From contig OX597819.1 in the NCBI GenBank assembly GCA_951406725.2, positions 106,020,001-106,084,000 of the forward strand: a DNA stretch of 64,000 bases, read 5' to 3'. The translations under genes and the position numbers were made by a program. Positions 27,206 to 41,450 of the stretch are shown here, piece by piece; positions within the stretch are counted from its first letter, which is position 1; each line of letters opens with the position of its first letter. This DNA is from Octopus vulgaris (Eukaryota). The notes beneath the pieces were generated by a model that searched no databases, was not told where the DNA came from, and saw only the letters and a list, made by a program, of their open reading frames with translations.

Positions 27206-27790
27206 ACCCCCCCCCAGTGCTTGAAAATGACCACATCTCACTCCTCTGGAACTTCACCATTCAAACTGACAGAAAGATAGATGCCAATAGGCCAGACATC
27301 ATATTGAAAGACTTCAAACAAAGAACATGCCTCCTCATTGATATGACTGTCCCAATCGATATAAACGTATCTGTCAAGACCTACCAAAAACTGAGCAAAT
27401 ATAAAGATCTTGAGATAGAAATCAGCAAAATGTGGAAGCTGAAGACTAAAACAATACCTGTTGTCATAGGTGCCCTGGGAATGATAGCAAAAAGGGGCTG
27501 ATAGCTACCTAACTCAGATACCAGGAAACCCCAAAATGGCAGAAATTCAAAAGACAGTGCTCATGGGAACTGCTCATATCCTACGCAAAATACTTTCTAT
27601 GTAATCTCAAGGCTTAAAACAAACATAATTTTCGTTTTTTCTTTTTTTTTTAGACATTCATTAGTACACCCCCCCCCAAATATATGGCACACTAGGCATA
27701 ACAACATGAACTTCCAACCTGTTGTCTCTTGAGGTCTCTGGGTGAGACTTGGAGCCAACTTGTACAAATATAAAGCAATAAGTCAATAAT
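27206..27790 (+). mobile_element. R4/Dong 3' fragment, second subfamily
   Basis: LLWNFTIQTDRKIDANRPDIILKD...KYKDLEIEISKMW..IPVVIGALG. The 3' UTR (GTCTCTTGAGGTCTCTGGGTGAGACTTGGAG) differs from the upstream element; TAA tail. Confidence 0.9.
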
Positions 27791-27820
27791 AATAGAATAA
27801 TAATAATAATAATAATAATA

Positions 27821-27851
<31 letters not shown>

Positions 27852-27861
27852 TAGCAACAAC

Positions 27862-28070
27862 TAATTCTTCGAGCTGGCAGAATTCTTACTGTGACGTCTA
27901 TTATTCTCGAGATTTTTACTCACTGTAAAAATTGTCGACTCTCCGACAATTATTGGTATTACTACCACCTTTTTCATCGACCACAACTGCTTCACATCCC
28001 AAGCTAACCTGTCATATCTATCTTTCTTCCTTATCGCATACCCTGTTGTCAGCTGGGCATTATCATTTTC
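27862..28070 (-). mobile_element. R4/Dong endonuclease-region fragment
   Basis: KKDRYDRLAWDVKQLWSMKKVVVIPIIVG. Confidence 0.75.
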
Positions 28071-28093
28071 GAATAATAACAATGATGATGATG

Positions 28094-28166
<73 letters not shown>

Positions 28167-28173
28167 TCATAAT

Positions 28174-28483
28174 AATATAGAAAGGATTGAGGTAACTCCT
28201 CCTGAAGATATAGTCAAAATTAAAAGAAGAGTGCCATTGTTATCTAGTGAACGATATTTCGACATATCGTGTGTGTTAATCATATACTGGTTAAAGAAAT
28301 ACGTTTGTCAATCTACTTCATTTCGGTTAATATATAAAGGATTGAGGTCACTCCTCCTGAGGATATAGAGTCAAAATTAAAAGAAGAGTGCTATTGAAAT
28401 CTAGTGAACGATATTTCGACATCTTGTGTGTCTTCAACTGGTTCAAAAAATAAATGTCAGTCTACATCATTTTGGTTAATATA

Positions 28484-28484
<1 letters not shown>
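28174..28484. repeat. Tandem dimer of a 155-bp non-coding unit within (AAT)n, with hammerhead-like motifs
   Basis: AAAGGATTGAGGT begins at 28181 and 28336. Minus-strand motif UGAAC-CAGUUGAA-GACA..UGUC-GAAA-UA-UC-GUUCA at 28405-28445. Confidence 0.8.
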
Positions 28485-28540
<56 letters not shown>

Positions 28541-28572
28541 TAATAATAATAATAATGATAATAATAATAATG

Positions 28573-28605
<33 letters not shown>

Positions 28606-28718
28606 GTAATAATAATAATAATAATAATAACAACAACAACAACTACAACAATAATAATAATAATAACAACAAAAGCAATAACGAATTCTTCGAACTGGTA
28701 GAATTGTTACCGCGATTT

Positions 28719-28804
<86 letters not shown>

Positions 28805-28805
<1 letters not shown>

Positions 28806-29017
28806 AGGCAGTGAGGTGACAGAATTGTTAACACGCCGGGTGAAATGCTTATCAATATTTCGTCCGTCTTTACATTCTAAGTTCAAATTTCGCCGGGCTT
28901 GACTTTGCCGTTCTTCTCTCTTGGCCAATAGAAGAAGCAACAGTCGAGCACTGGGGGTCGATGTAATCGACTGGTTCCCTCCCTCGGAATTTCAGCCGTT
29001 GTGCCTATAGTGGAAAA
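28805..29017 (+). mobile_element. SINE with Meta-domain-like core
   Basis: B-box-like AGTTCAAATTTC followed by GACTTTGCC...GGGGTCGATGTAATCGAC. Decayed antisense copies at ~7.8, 31.2, 43.0, 43.5-43.9, 45.1 and 63.9 kb, mostly beside trinucleotide tracts. Confidence 0.65.
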
Positions 29018-29363
29018 TTTCTTCTTCTTCTTCTTTTTCTTCTTCTTCTTCACCTTATCCTCCTCTTCCTCCTCCTCCTTCTTCTTCTTCTCTTCCTCCT
29101 TCTTCTTCTTCTTCGTCTTCTTCTTCTTCTTCTTCTCCTTCTCCTCCTCTTCCTCCTCCTCCTTCTTCTTCTTCTTCTTCTTCTTCATCTTCCTCTTCTT
29201 CTCCTCTTCCTTCTTCTTCTTCTACTTCTTCTTCTTCTTCTTCTTCGTCTTCTTCTTCTTCTTCTCCTCCTCCTCCTCCTCCTCCTCCTTCTTCTTCTTG
29301 TTATCATCATCATCATCATCATCATCATCATATCATCATCATCATCATCATCAACACCATCCC

Positions 29364-29402
<39 letters not shown>

Positions 29403-29449
29403 TATTATTTTTGTAAGACGTCACACCGTACGCAATATGATGATGTTGT

Positions 29450-30140
29450 TGATTGACGACATTGTGTCCACCGGGGCTTTTTGTACTGTCTGTCAGGTCA
29501 CAAGGATCTCAGACCGACATTAATTTGCTCAATATTCGAGCTCTTCCAAATAATGCTACTTTTGCAACACACCTAGATTATAGGGTATTTCTAAAATTTC
29601 CAGATGTTTCTTCAGGTTAGGTGGTGTTGAATCCATTGCTCTGATGACCACAGGGGCAAATTTTATAGTTGACTCTCGCAGCTGCCACATCGTGGCGATC
29701 TCAGGTCTCCATATTTATCGATCTTTTCTCTTTCTTTTATGATAATATGTTGATCTCACGGCACTGCCATGTCGATTATTAGTTACTCTTGTTTGTCTCT
29801 CCTAAAGGTTACTGTGTCCTGTCTTCGGTGCTCTAATATATTGCCTGTGTAGAAGACAAAGTACCAGAGGATTTTTGCCTTGCCCTTTTCGCTCATTATA
29901 TTTTCTGGTGCATATTGGTACCAAGCACCCCTTACATATCCATACTTCCGGCATAGTAGCTAGTGAATAGTCTCCGCTACCTTGTCGTGTCTGCGCTTGT
30001 AGTCTTTCTGCATAAGACTCTCACAAGAACTAAAAATGTGAGTCACCCTTTCGATCCTCTTCCCACACATTCTGCAGCGGTTCGTTGCACCTTTGTGGTA
30101 TATAGCTCTTTTCATTGAGTTGGTATTTAATGCCTTAGTA
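29450..30140 (-). mobile_element. Decayed R4/Dong 3' fragment
   Basis: CRMCGKRIERVTHIFSSCESLMQKDYKRRHDKVAETIH (CCHC + RHD), with downstream RLE-like remnants. Confidence 0.85.
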
Positions 30141-30149
30141 TTATTATTA

Positions 30150-30417
30150 TTTCCTTTAATCACGGGTTTTGTTGGAGCTCCCGGAGTCGTACATGCGCAG
30201 CGGGCTTGCTATCTGCAGCCTACGGTGTCATGCTATCCATTGTTTTCAGCTATCTAATACTTCTATGATTATACTGGCCGTGCCAAGGTGGCAAACCTTT
30301 TGTGACAGTTCTACGGGGCACTCTATTCCAATTTCCTTTATATTCCCCTTGATGCCTTCTGGTACTGTTCTCATGGACCCAACAATAATTGGCACTATCT
30401 TCACCTTCTTCATTTTC

Positions 30418-30420
<3 letters not shown>
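30150..30420 (-). mobile_element. R4/Dong 3' fragment
   Basis: Minus strand WKMKKVKIVPIIVGS, next to (TAT)n. Confidence 0.7.
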
Positions 30421-30469
<49 letters not shown>

Positions 30470-30478
30470 ATAATAATA

Positions 30479-30511
<33 letters not shown>

Positions 30512-30856
30512 TTAACGTTCTATTTGTACGAGTTGTCTCCAAGTCTTACCCAGAGACTTCAAGAGACAAGTTAGAAGTTCATGTTGGTGTTAGGCCTAAG
30601 GTGTCATATATTTGGTTTTGTACATTTATTGTTCTAGAGAATGTTTAAGAAAACAAAATTCTGAGTTTGTTTTAAAATCTGAGATTACATAGGCAGTATT
30701 TTACGTAGGTTATGGGCATTTCCCATGAGCACTATCTTTGGAATTTCTGTCATTGAGGGGTTTCCTGTTTCCTTTTGGTATCATTCCTGAAGCACCTATA
30801 ACAACAGGTATTGTTTAAGTCTTCAGGTTCTACACTTTGCCAATTTCTATTTCAAG

Positions 30857-30857
<1 letters not shown>
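30512..30857 (-). mobile_element. R4/Dong 3' fragment (subfamily of 27206-27790)
   Basis: Reverse complement of LEIEIGKV..IPVVIGA and the same 3' UTR; embedded in (TAT)n. Confidence 0.85.
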
Positions 30858-30901
<44 letters not shown>

Positions 30902-30966
30902 GTTGTTGTTGTTGTTATCATTATTATTATTATTATTGTTGTTGTTGGTGTTATTATTATTATTAC

Positions 30967-31026
<60 letters not shown>

Positions 31027-31103
31027 GATTGTTGTTGTTGTTGTTGTTGTTATTATTATTATTATTATTATTATTGTTGTTGTTGTTATTATTATTATTA
31101 TTG

Positions 31104-31153
<50 letters not shown>

Positions 31154-32245
31154 TCTGATTTAAACAAAAAACCTTGTGTTTTGGCAGGAAGAGTTTATTG
31201 ATACCGTGAAACTCAGTAACTATTTGGTTCTTCTTTTCATCGACTCCAGTAACATAAAAGGCAAAGTTGATATTGGTGGGATTTAAACTCACAATGTAAT
31301 GATTGGGAGACATTTCCGCAGGACATTAAAAAAAAAGACAGCATTTTTTAGATCACAGTAAATCAATTTCAATAAAAATTGGATTTCCTGATTATTTCCT
31401 GACCTTATTCTATCTGACAAGCTGAATAAATCAATCAATGTATCTCTCAATCTCTCTGCTTGATTATCTGCCTATCTCTCAGTCAATCTATCGGTGTATG
31501 TGTATGTCTATATGAGGTTTTATGTAACTCATCCGTATACTTAGTTGCGCGCATAGGGAAGAGTATTTATGTATGGCCATATAAACAAATACACAGGCAT
31601 ATAAACTCATATACACCCATATGTATGAATGTGTATGTGCTTGCATATATGGCACAGTAACGGTACGATCGCCATAAACTATAATGATAAATTATAATGA
31701 ATCACGCCCACAAGCTGTTATCATTTCAGTTGAGAGAATTATAAAGCAATAGACAGCAACATAAACGACTACAATCATCACAATCGCAATGCTAACCCCA
31801 ACCCAGACAATAAACATATATCTGCAATGAAAAAAATGACGTATATGCCTAAGCTTAGGAATGAACACGCATTTGCGCACTGAACGCAAAACACACATTT
31901 CAGAAGAACGAGATAGCTAGCATACACGTACTTATCCACATGCCTACTAATACATGTATACGCTAAAAAAATAACAAACTTCTTTGTATAGTTTACCCTT
32001 ATATCTTTGCTTTAGTGAGTGCACTGCGGTCATGCTGGAGCACTGCCTTGAAAGATTCAAATCGGTCAAGTTAATTTAGATGCAGCGCTTACATTTAAAG
32101 GCTTGCATTTATTTTCTCTATATCTTTGAAATGTATATTCTAACTTACGGGTTAATAAACAAACAGGCATTGTTTGTAAAGAGATGGGTGAGATACAAAT
32201 GCAAACACACGCACAGAAACATATATACATGCATACATACATACA

Positions 32246-32281
<36 letters not shown>

Positions 32282-32542
32282 TATGCATTATGCATTCATA
32301 CATTCATAAAACTTACGTACATGCATATTTATATAGTTACACTCATACTCACGCATTCTTTTGCGTATAAAATCTTATAAGTACTGTACTAAAATGTATT
32401 GAGTCATTCATCAGGTTAATGTTAAATTAGTTTTATAATAAAACTTGGCATAAACTCTAAAGTTAATATGTAAATACAAACTTACACACACATACACAAA
32501 ATATCTATAATGTATATATAATACGTAATGCATATACAGGGT

Positions 32543-32925
32543 GTGGAGGTGCAATGGCCCAGTGGTTAGGGCAGCGGACTTGTGATCGTAGGATACGGTT
32601 TCGATTCCCAGACCAGGCGTTGTGAGTGTTTATTGAGTGAAAATACCTAAATCTCAACGAGGATCTCGCAGGGGTGGTGGCGATCCCTGCTGTACTATTT
32701 CACCATAGCTTTCTCTTACTCTTTCTTCCTGTTTCTTTTGTACCTGTATTTCGAAGGGACAGCCTTGTCACACTCTGTGTCACGCTGAATCTCGCCGAGA
32801 ACTACGTTAATGCAACACGGGTCTCTGGAGTGCTCACCCACTTGCACGTTAATTTCACGAGCAGGCTGTTCCGTTGATCGGATCAACCAGAACACTCGTC
32901 GTCGTAACCCACAGAGTGCCACGAT
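32543..32925 (+). mobile_element. tRNA-derived SINE (family B, tail type 2) with 11-bp TSD
   Basis: Same head as 18265; flanked by ATATACAGGGT at 32532-32542 and 32926-32936. Confidence 0.85.
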
Positions 32926-32928
32926 ATA

Positions 32929-33762
32929 TACAGGGTTCAGTGAATAAATTACCGTCTAAATAACGCAAAAATGAAAATAACACTGACGTCTCATTTTAAC
33001 AGATATATTTACCAAAATTACCTAAAAGTATTTTGAAATACTAAAGAATAACTTTATTCAATAAAATCGCCATTGGCTTCATCCACGGCCTCAAGACGAC
33101 TTCAGAATCTCTTGCAATTCTTCTGGACGGCCTCCTTGTTTAAGTTGGTGGATGCTGCCTTAATCACTGCATTTATTTCATCTTTGCTGTTACAAGGAAT
33201 TTTGTTGGTCTCTCGTGCAACTCGTTCCACACGTAATGTTAGGGATGATGTGGTCGTAGAAATTGTCAGACAGCCATGACTGGGTTCTTCTGCTTGTGTG
33301 GCGTGGCGCAGAATCCTGTTGCCACACATCGGGTCTTCCAGCAACCACCCTCCTGACCGAGGGCAGCACTACCTCGTACAAGCATTTGATGTATGTATCA
33401 GCGTTGAGTGTGAGGCCGTGTGAGAAGATGAATGGAGGCATAAAGTCGCTATCACTACTGGTCACTCCAAACACATTGATGTAGACTGGATGGTTGATTG
33501 TTATCACTCTCAGTACATGCGAACAGGTTGCACTGTCTTATATTGAAACTCAAACACTCTGAAATGTTCGTATTAAAATTTCTGGAGTGAACGCCACGCA
33601 GTACAGCATGTCGTTTCCAAATTTCTAGTAGAGTGAATTGCGTCACGGTGTTGTTTTTCTCACAGACGGTGCCCAACTGACTCTGCTATACTGTGTAGTC
33701 GACAAAATCAAAAACAATGTGCATGTGCGAAATTAACAATATAAAATGGCGACAATTTACCC
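32929..33762 (-). mobile_element. Internally deleted Tc1/mariner-superfamily element (maT/DD37D-like)
   Basis: TA-CAGGGT terminus; VFGV.SSD..MPPFIF..GL.LNAD.Y...L..VVLP and WQQDSAPRHTS. Confidence 0.75.
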
Positions 33763-34557
33763 ATTTCAATAAATATTTCATATATGTGGGTGTGTGTTGA
33801 GTGAGAGAGAGAGAAAGAGGGAGGGAGGGGATAGGGAAAGAGAAACCGTATTGGGGCATTGGCTGACCCTAGGCAATTGTAGAAAGCATTTTCTCCAGAG
33901 AGCACGCAGTGGGATTGACTGAACCAAAGACTCGGTGATTGCGAAGCGAATTTCTTAACTAAACATCCATAAATATACATGACGCCTACAGAAAGGAAAA
34001 GCAGTAATTAAGAACTTATTGAAATTGCGACGCACGTGTTGTGAAAGATATTGACAAATTAATCACTTCAAAAAATGATTTATAACCAGCGCAGCTTTTT
34101 TCGTTAGAAGAATATCTTTTTTGCCATCCTATTTTTTTCCACTAATATCTTTTGTCCCTCAAATTCTCATTCGCTCTCATCTCCCATACACGTTTTCTTA
34201 CGGTACACTAACGAGAACACACACATACATACCTACACTCTACATTCCCCCTAATGCCACTAAATTTCCACACTTTCACACGTCTATGCATATACGTACA
34301 CAACAGTGAAATATGCACAGACAACGCCTCCTTTATGCTGGCTTCCTGACACAGATAATCACTTATACTTGCAGCTAAACGTCTGTCCCTTCCTAATTAA
34401 TTCCCTTCTTAATTCCCTTCAAGGACAGAATTTCTCTCTTGGTTTCCGATCATCCTCCCATTCTTTTCTTCTTACTGTGCGTGTGTGTGTGTGTGGGGGG
34501 GGGGTAGGTATGTGTGTATATATATATATATATATGCAGTTACCCATATATATATAT

Positions 34558-35685
<1,128 letters not shown>

Positions 35686-35705
35686 CATACATATATATAT
35701 ATACA

Positions 35706-37134
35706 TACAGAAAAGTAAGTATAAGTTTTTATCAAAGTTGTTTTATATTCTATAATTTTAACAGACAATAAATACAATATTAATTGTTATTGTTCGAGAT
35801 TTTGGTGTAATTTGAGAGGATAATACAAAAGTTATAGATGGTTTAGTAATTTACTGCAAAACCCATGGCGGCCAAAATGATCAGAATGGTTGCTTTTACT
35901 CCGTGTTTTAGTATATTTAACCGACGAACTCTAATGTTTTGAGTTTATTTACGTGACGGTTCGTTTACTAAACATTAGTAAGAATATCTGCAGTGTACTT
36001 TGTTAATATAATACCAGTTACTCCGTTACCAATTCGTCAGCAGATTATTAAGCTTCGAAAGAAGGATAATTTAAGTATTGGGTCTATTGCAAAGATTGTT
36101 AACAAGTCAAAAAGTGTTGTTCACGGTAGTCTTAAGGTCTGCAATGATTGTGGTTCGTGTGAAGCATGAAGGTATACAGGTAGGCCAAGAAAAACGACCA
36201 AGAGAGAAGATCGTGCTATGGTAAAGTTGGTTAAAAAGGACAGATTTAAAACTGCTGCTGCTGTTTCTCGGGAAATGAGCATTGTACTGAAGAAAACGTT
36301 ATCTCGAAAAACTGTCTCATCGTTTAGTTGAACATAACCTACAAGCAAGATCACCTACAGTGAAGTCACTGATCAGCTCCAAAAATAAAAAGGGTCGTCT
36401 TACCTTTGCAACCGAACATGTGTTGTGGTCTCAAGAAAAATGGCAAACAGTGCATTTCAGTGATGAATCTAAGTTTATGTTATTTGGCTCAGATGGGAAA
36501 AGGTACGTTCGTTGAAAAGTAGGTGAAAAATTGTCGCCTAAATGTCTTAAAACTAGTGTTAAATTCGGTGGAGGAAGTGTCATTGTTTGGGGGAAGATAT
36601 CTGGAGATGGTGTGGGGCTCTTTGGTGCGATTAAATGGAAAGGTAAATGCAGGAGTTTATAAACAACGTGTAAAAGATCATGTCTTGGCTGTGCTGAGAA
36701 ATTCAACTAAGCGACCACCCATATTCATGCAGGGCAATGCCCCATGTCACAAGGCTAAGGTGGTCATGAACTTCCTCAAGGCTGAAAAGGTTATTATTAT
36801 GGATTGGCCTGCTCAAAGCCCAGATCTCAATCCTATCGAAAATGTGTGGAATATTCTAGGAGAACGTTCGAAAGCCAGAAATCCTAAAACAACCGAGCAA
36901 TTATGGAATGCCCTTCAGGAAGAATGGAATAAGATCACCTAGCAAGAAATTGAAAATTTAATTTCCTCATGCAGTCGAAGATGTCAAAGTGTGATTGAAG
37001 CTGAAGGGCTTCACACTAAATATTAAATAATTCCAGTATTCTCTGTCATGTTTGATTATTTTGTTATTTTTTCAACCATTCTGATCCTTTTGGCCGCCAT
37101 GGGTTTTGCAGTAAATCCCTAAATCATCCATAAC
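35706..37134 (+). mobile_element. Decayed Tc1 (DD34E) transposon
   Basis: GRPRKTT, FSDESKF, GGGSVIVWG, FMQGNAPCH, WPAQSPDLNPIENVW, GLHTKY*. Inverted repeats at ~35823-35892 / 37073-37134. Confidence 0.9.
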
Positions 37135-37135
37135 A

Positions 37136-38150
37136 TCGCTAAACTAGTCCTTCCTGCGAGAGAATTAAAATAAAATTACCTCGCAGAGGGGTAAAAACAA
37201 GCAAGAAAAAAATGTATCACAAACAGGACGTAAAAACGATACAAATAAAACTACAAAATAAAATACAAGATAAAAATACATGTACAAGAAAATACAATAC
37301 GAGAAATGAAAAGAAAATACAATACGAGAAATAGAAATAAAAATAAACAAGAAAACAAACGAAAAGGCCTTTTTTCTGGCTGAGACGAAGGAGACTCTAG
37401 CAGCGCATGAGAATACAAATGTGTGTCTTTTTAGTTTGAAAGCCGCGTGTGAAAGGAAGTAGTTTTGGCTAGCAGTGGCAAAGATGAGGAGGAGCGAGAG
37501 AGAGAGATAGAGGAAGACAGGCGGCTGAGAGAGAGAGAGAGAGATGAGGAAGAGTGAGAGAGAGAGAGAGGAAGATAAAGCAAAGAGAGAAAGAATTTCG
37601 CGTCATAATTATATATAAAACAGTACTACGAATCGAATCGAACACGACGCGAAGGCGCTGTCAAACAATAGTGTAATAAATAAAATATATGCATACATAC
37701 AAACATATATGTGCGTACCTACATCTACATGTAGATATACATGCGTATATAAATATATATACACGTGAGTACAGGACACCACAACTAGACGTAGAACTCA
37801 ACGAGAAACGAAAAACGAAAACGGAAAAACCATTTTTTTACAACAGGAAAACAGAGACATGGAACTCAACGAGAAACGAAAACGGAAAAACCATTTTTTT
37901 ACAACAGAAAAAACAAGTACAGGGCATACTACACAAGGAAAAATCCCCTATCATCAGCTGTTACTAGTTCGGCTCCAGCGTGTTTCGAAGGCAAGACAGG
38001 ACACGACTCGCTAAACTAGTCCTTCCTGCGAGAGAATTAAAGTAAAATTGCCTCGCAAGGGGTAAAAACAAGCAAGAAAAAAATGTATCACAAACAGGAC
38101 GTAAAAACGATACAAATAAAACTACAAAATAAAATACAAGATAAAAATAC
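37136..38150 (-). mobile_element. Non-coding element with 143-bp terminal direct repeats (872-bp period) inserted in the Tc1 right inverted repeat
   Basis: 37136-37279 is repeated at 38008-38150; the Tc1 IR resumes at 38151 (TTGTA); homologous to 51.8-52.3 kb. Confidence 0.8.
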
Positions 38151-38388
38151 TTGTAATCTGTTTTTAACATTTTCTTATTATTATCAAAGAATGTAATTCT
38201 GTTTCTTAATACTCTTGTGATAACCAGAACTTAACACAACAAAGCTTATACAAAGCTTTACATTTTACCTTTGGCAATCTTTTTCTAAAACATTGAAACC
38301 GGTCAAGTCAATAAACATCTTTAAAATTGCATTTTCAAACCTTCAATCATATATATTTCCACTCGTGCGGTACCTTACAACTTTACTT

Positions 38389-38462
<74 letters not shown>

Positions 38463-39169
38463 GTATATGAGCTAGAGAGGTAGATAAACAAAAGTTTGAT
38501 ATATTTACGAATAACAAAATAAAGATAGAAGTAAGCAAATGAGAACAAAAGAGATAAGACTTTACATAATTCTTCTGTTCTACTTGTGTTGTTTTTTCGT
38601 TTTCTTTCACCCCGGACTTTGTACTCCATGTAAATATACGTTGTAAACACCTAATGATTTATAAACATCTATTCTATTAAAGTGGAAAAATTGCCAGAAA
38701 AGCCATTCGTATCCAGTTTTATTAGATACATGCATACATACATACATAAATAATACATACATACATAAATACATATGTACATAAATAAATGCATACATAC
38801 ATAAATACATACATGCACACACAGATTTATATATACATTTATATGTGTCTATATATATACTAAAAGCATATATATATATATATGTTTGTGTATGTATGAA
38901 TGTATATAATGTATCTCTCACTGTATGCGTGTGCATGTGCGTGTATGTGTGTGTATGCGCGTGTGTGCTCACTCACTAATACTAAACACCCCTCAACAGA
39001 AACGTAGTCACGTGCTGGTGCAGTTGAACACTTGCTATAAACTGTTAAATAGTTTTCATCTGAAGCTGTTCTTTTAATTGCCTTGTGGGTGATTAATGAG
39101 GGATAATATAGAAGAAATGTTGCAAAATAAAGCCGGATTTTCATTGAGTGGAGGAAATAACACCAAGAA

Positions 39170-40720
39170 AATATAGAAAAGAAATGTATAATAAATATGT
39201 CTGAAAAGGAAGACAGTAGACTGCTAATGATAAATAAATGGAACCAGTATTACATAGAATAAACAGATTCACTGGAGGAATAGATATTAAATTGAGTTTA
39301 GAAGAAAACAAACAAAAGGAGAAACGCGAGGTTATATGAAAGAGGAAGACTAATCAACATTAGTAATATCATATTAGATTCACACACAGAAGCAAAAGTA
39401 CAGCAAAAACAATTGTACAAATATTTAGAAATTAATGAACTAGACGCAGCGCAACATAGACTAAAGAAACGAAAAGGATAAAAAGAAATATTACAGAGGA
39501 ATTAGATTAATGCTTAAAAGAGAGTTAGATACAAGCATAAGGTAATGGACACCCCCGATAGTCTTGATTCTCCAGTAGTAAATTATATTTTCCCACTGGG
39601 TGCTAAGTGAATCAGGAAGACTAGACAGAAAAACAAGAAAATAACTGTTTTTAGAATAAACCTGATAAGAAACATTGTACTTACTACGAACATAGGGGAA
39701 CGTTTTGTAACTAGAAATTTAATGATATCTGCCGTGGAAACACATAATTATCTAGTGAAGATTAAATGGAAGCTAATACAAATAGCTACAAAACACGTAT
39801 AAATCAAACAAAGAATGTTGGAGTTCTTCAACAAATGTAAAGCAGTACTTGAGATAACAAACAGTTAGATTTAGAAGGGAAAAATAATGAAACTGCAAAA
39901 ACGAAAATGAAAATAAAAGAACCTTCTACAAACTAAACTGAAAACATGTTAACTATAGGATAACATGCTAAGGAGATGACTACAAAAATAATTAAAAGAC
40001 CAGAAATAGACTCTTCAAAATATAAGAAAGCTGGGTAAAGTGTTTTGGGTTTAAGACACAGCACTCGAGTTTCACATAGACAGATATTTTTATCAGGGCA
40101 TGATATTAACATAAAGCCCTCTGACTGGAAGCTACCAAACTCATATAAATATGCGGATTATGAAAAAAAATTCTGGAATATATGACTAAGAAAATATATT
40201 AATTACATTATTTATAGTTCCCAAGTCTTCAGCAATACATGCTCGTACTTACACAGAAGCATACCCACGAGCGTGTACACATAAAATTGTATGTATATCC
40301 GGGTAACGTACCGAAAGTATTACAAAAGAGTAATTTTTAACTGAAGTAAGATGTTAGAACTTCACATGGTAGAATAGCTCTTCTTCTACAGTAAATGCCC
40401 TTCCTATTCTTTTTGGGAGGTAAAGAATGAATTCCAAGCAAAAGCAACATACATCTTTGTCTTGATGAAGAAACATCTGTAGAAGGCTGCAAGCTGTTTA
40501 CGGAAATGAAACCATTGATAAGAAAAATGTTTACAAATGAAGGAAGAAGTCTGAAGAACGGAAAAGTAGCATTGAAAAATTCGCACAGTGTGGGATACCG
40601 TTATGTGCGACAATTTTACAAATCACCAGAGAATGCAAGAAATGATTCATGTGAACAGGTGAAACCCAATACTTGAGTTGACTGTACAAGTGCACTGTGG
40701 TGACAATGCATTAATGAAGA
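39170..40720 (+). mobile_element. Ancient decayed R4/Dong-like LINE
   Basis: ~39400-39560 reads QKQLYKYLEINE...QH...KKYYRGIRLMLKREL, colinear with EQTYKYLGINE..IQH..KECYRRVRAVLKSEL. Confidence 0.6.
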
Positions 40721-40849
40721 CGATGCATAACTTCGAGTATCGGAATGGTTGTCCTAGTGGGTAACACCCAATTTGGAGGCTAACACATCCCACTTGTCCC
40801 AACAGCTAACTCCAAATTTGGATGAGAGAAGTGGGAAGTATACTCTAAT

Positions 40850-41450
40850 ATCGGGAAGCGTTTGAAGCCAGATTCGGTGACACGGAATGAAACATGGTCG
40901 TATCTTTATGACTCGAAACTTAAAGCTCAGTCCGCTGGATTTTTTTACTCTTCTTCTTCAAGGTTCAAGAAGTTCAACAGACAGCGACGACAGCTGGCCC
41001 TTTTATGCGATTACAAGGTGATCTCTATGGGTTAATGGTACGTGGCAGTTCTGCGCAGAGTGAATGATCTATTGGAACTCTTAATAGCTTTGAGAAACCG
41101 TTACAAGGAAGAGACCAAGAGTTGGAAAACGATTTACAGGCAATGTGATAATGCAGGACCACACACATCAGGTAATCGGCAAATTGGTTTGACCAGTGGT
41201 CACCCACCTTCCACATAACCTAGGTTTTGTCGCCCTCTGACATCAACCTGTTCGGTTCAGTGAAGTAAAGTCTTCAGGATCTAAGATTTGAGAACACAAA
41301 TGAGTTGTCTCCAAAATAGATGGTTACAGCAGTGCACGCACGAATTTCTCAAAGGAGAATCGAGAATCGGCTTGAAGATGATGGTAAACTCCTTGCATAT
41401 GATGGGGGTCTATGTTCACAAGTATCTATGTATAAAGGAATAATTAGTCT
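40850..41450 (+). mobile_element. Decayed mariner transposase fragment
   Basis: Remnants of the GDETW..Y..ETK.QS and H.P..PDL.PSD..LF..LK motifs. Confidence 0.5.
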
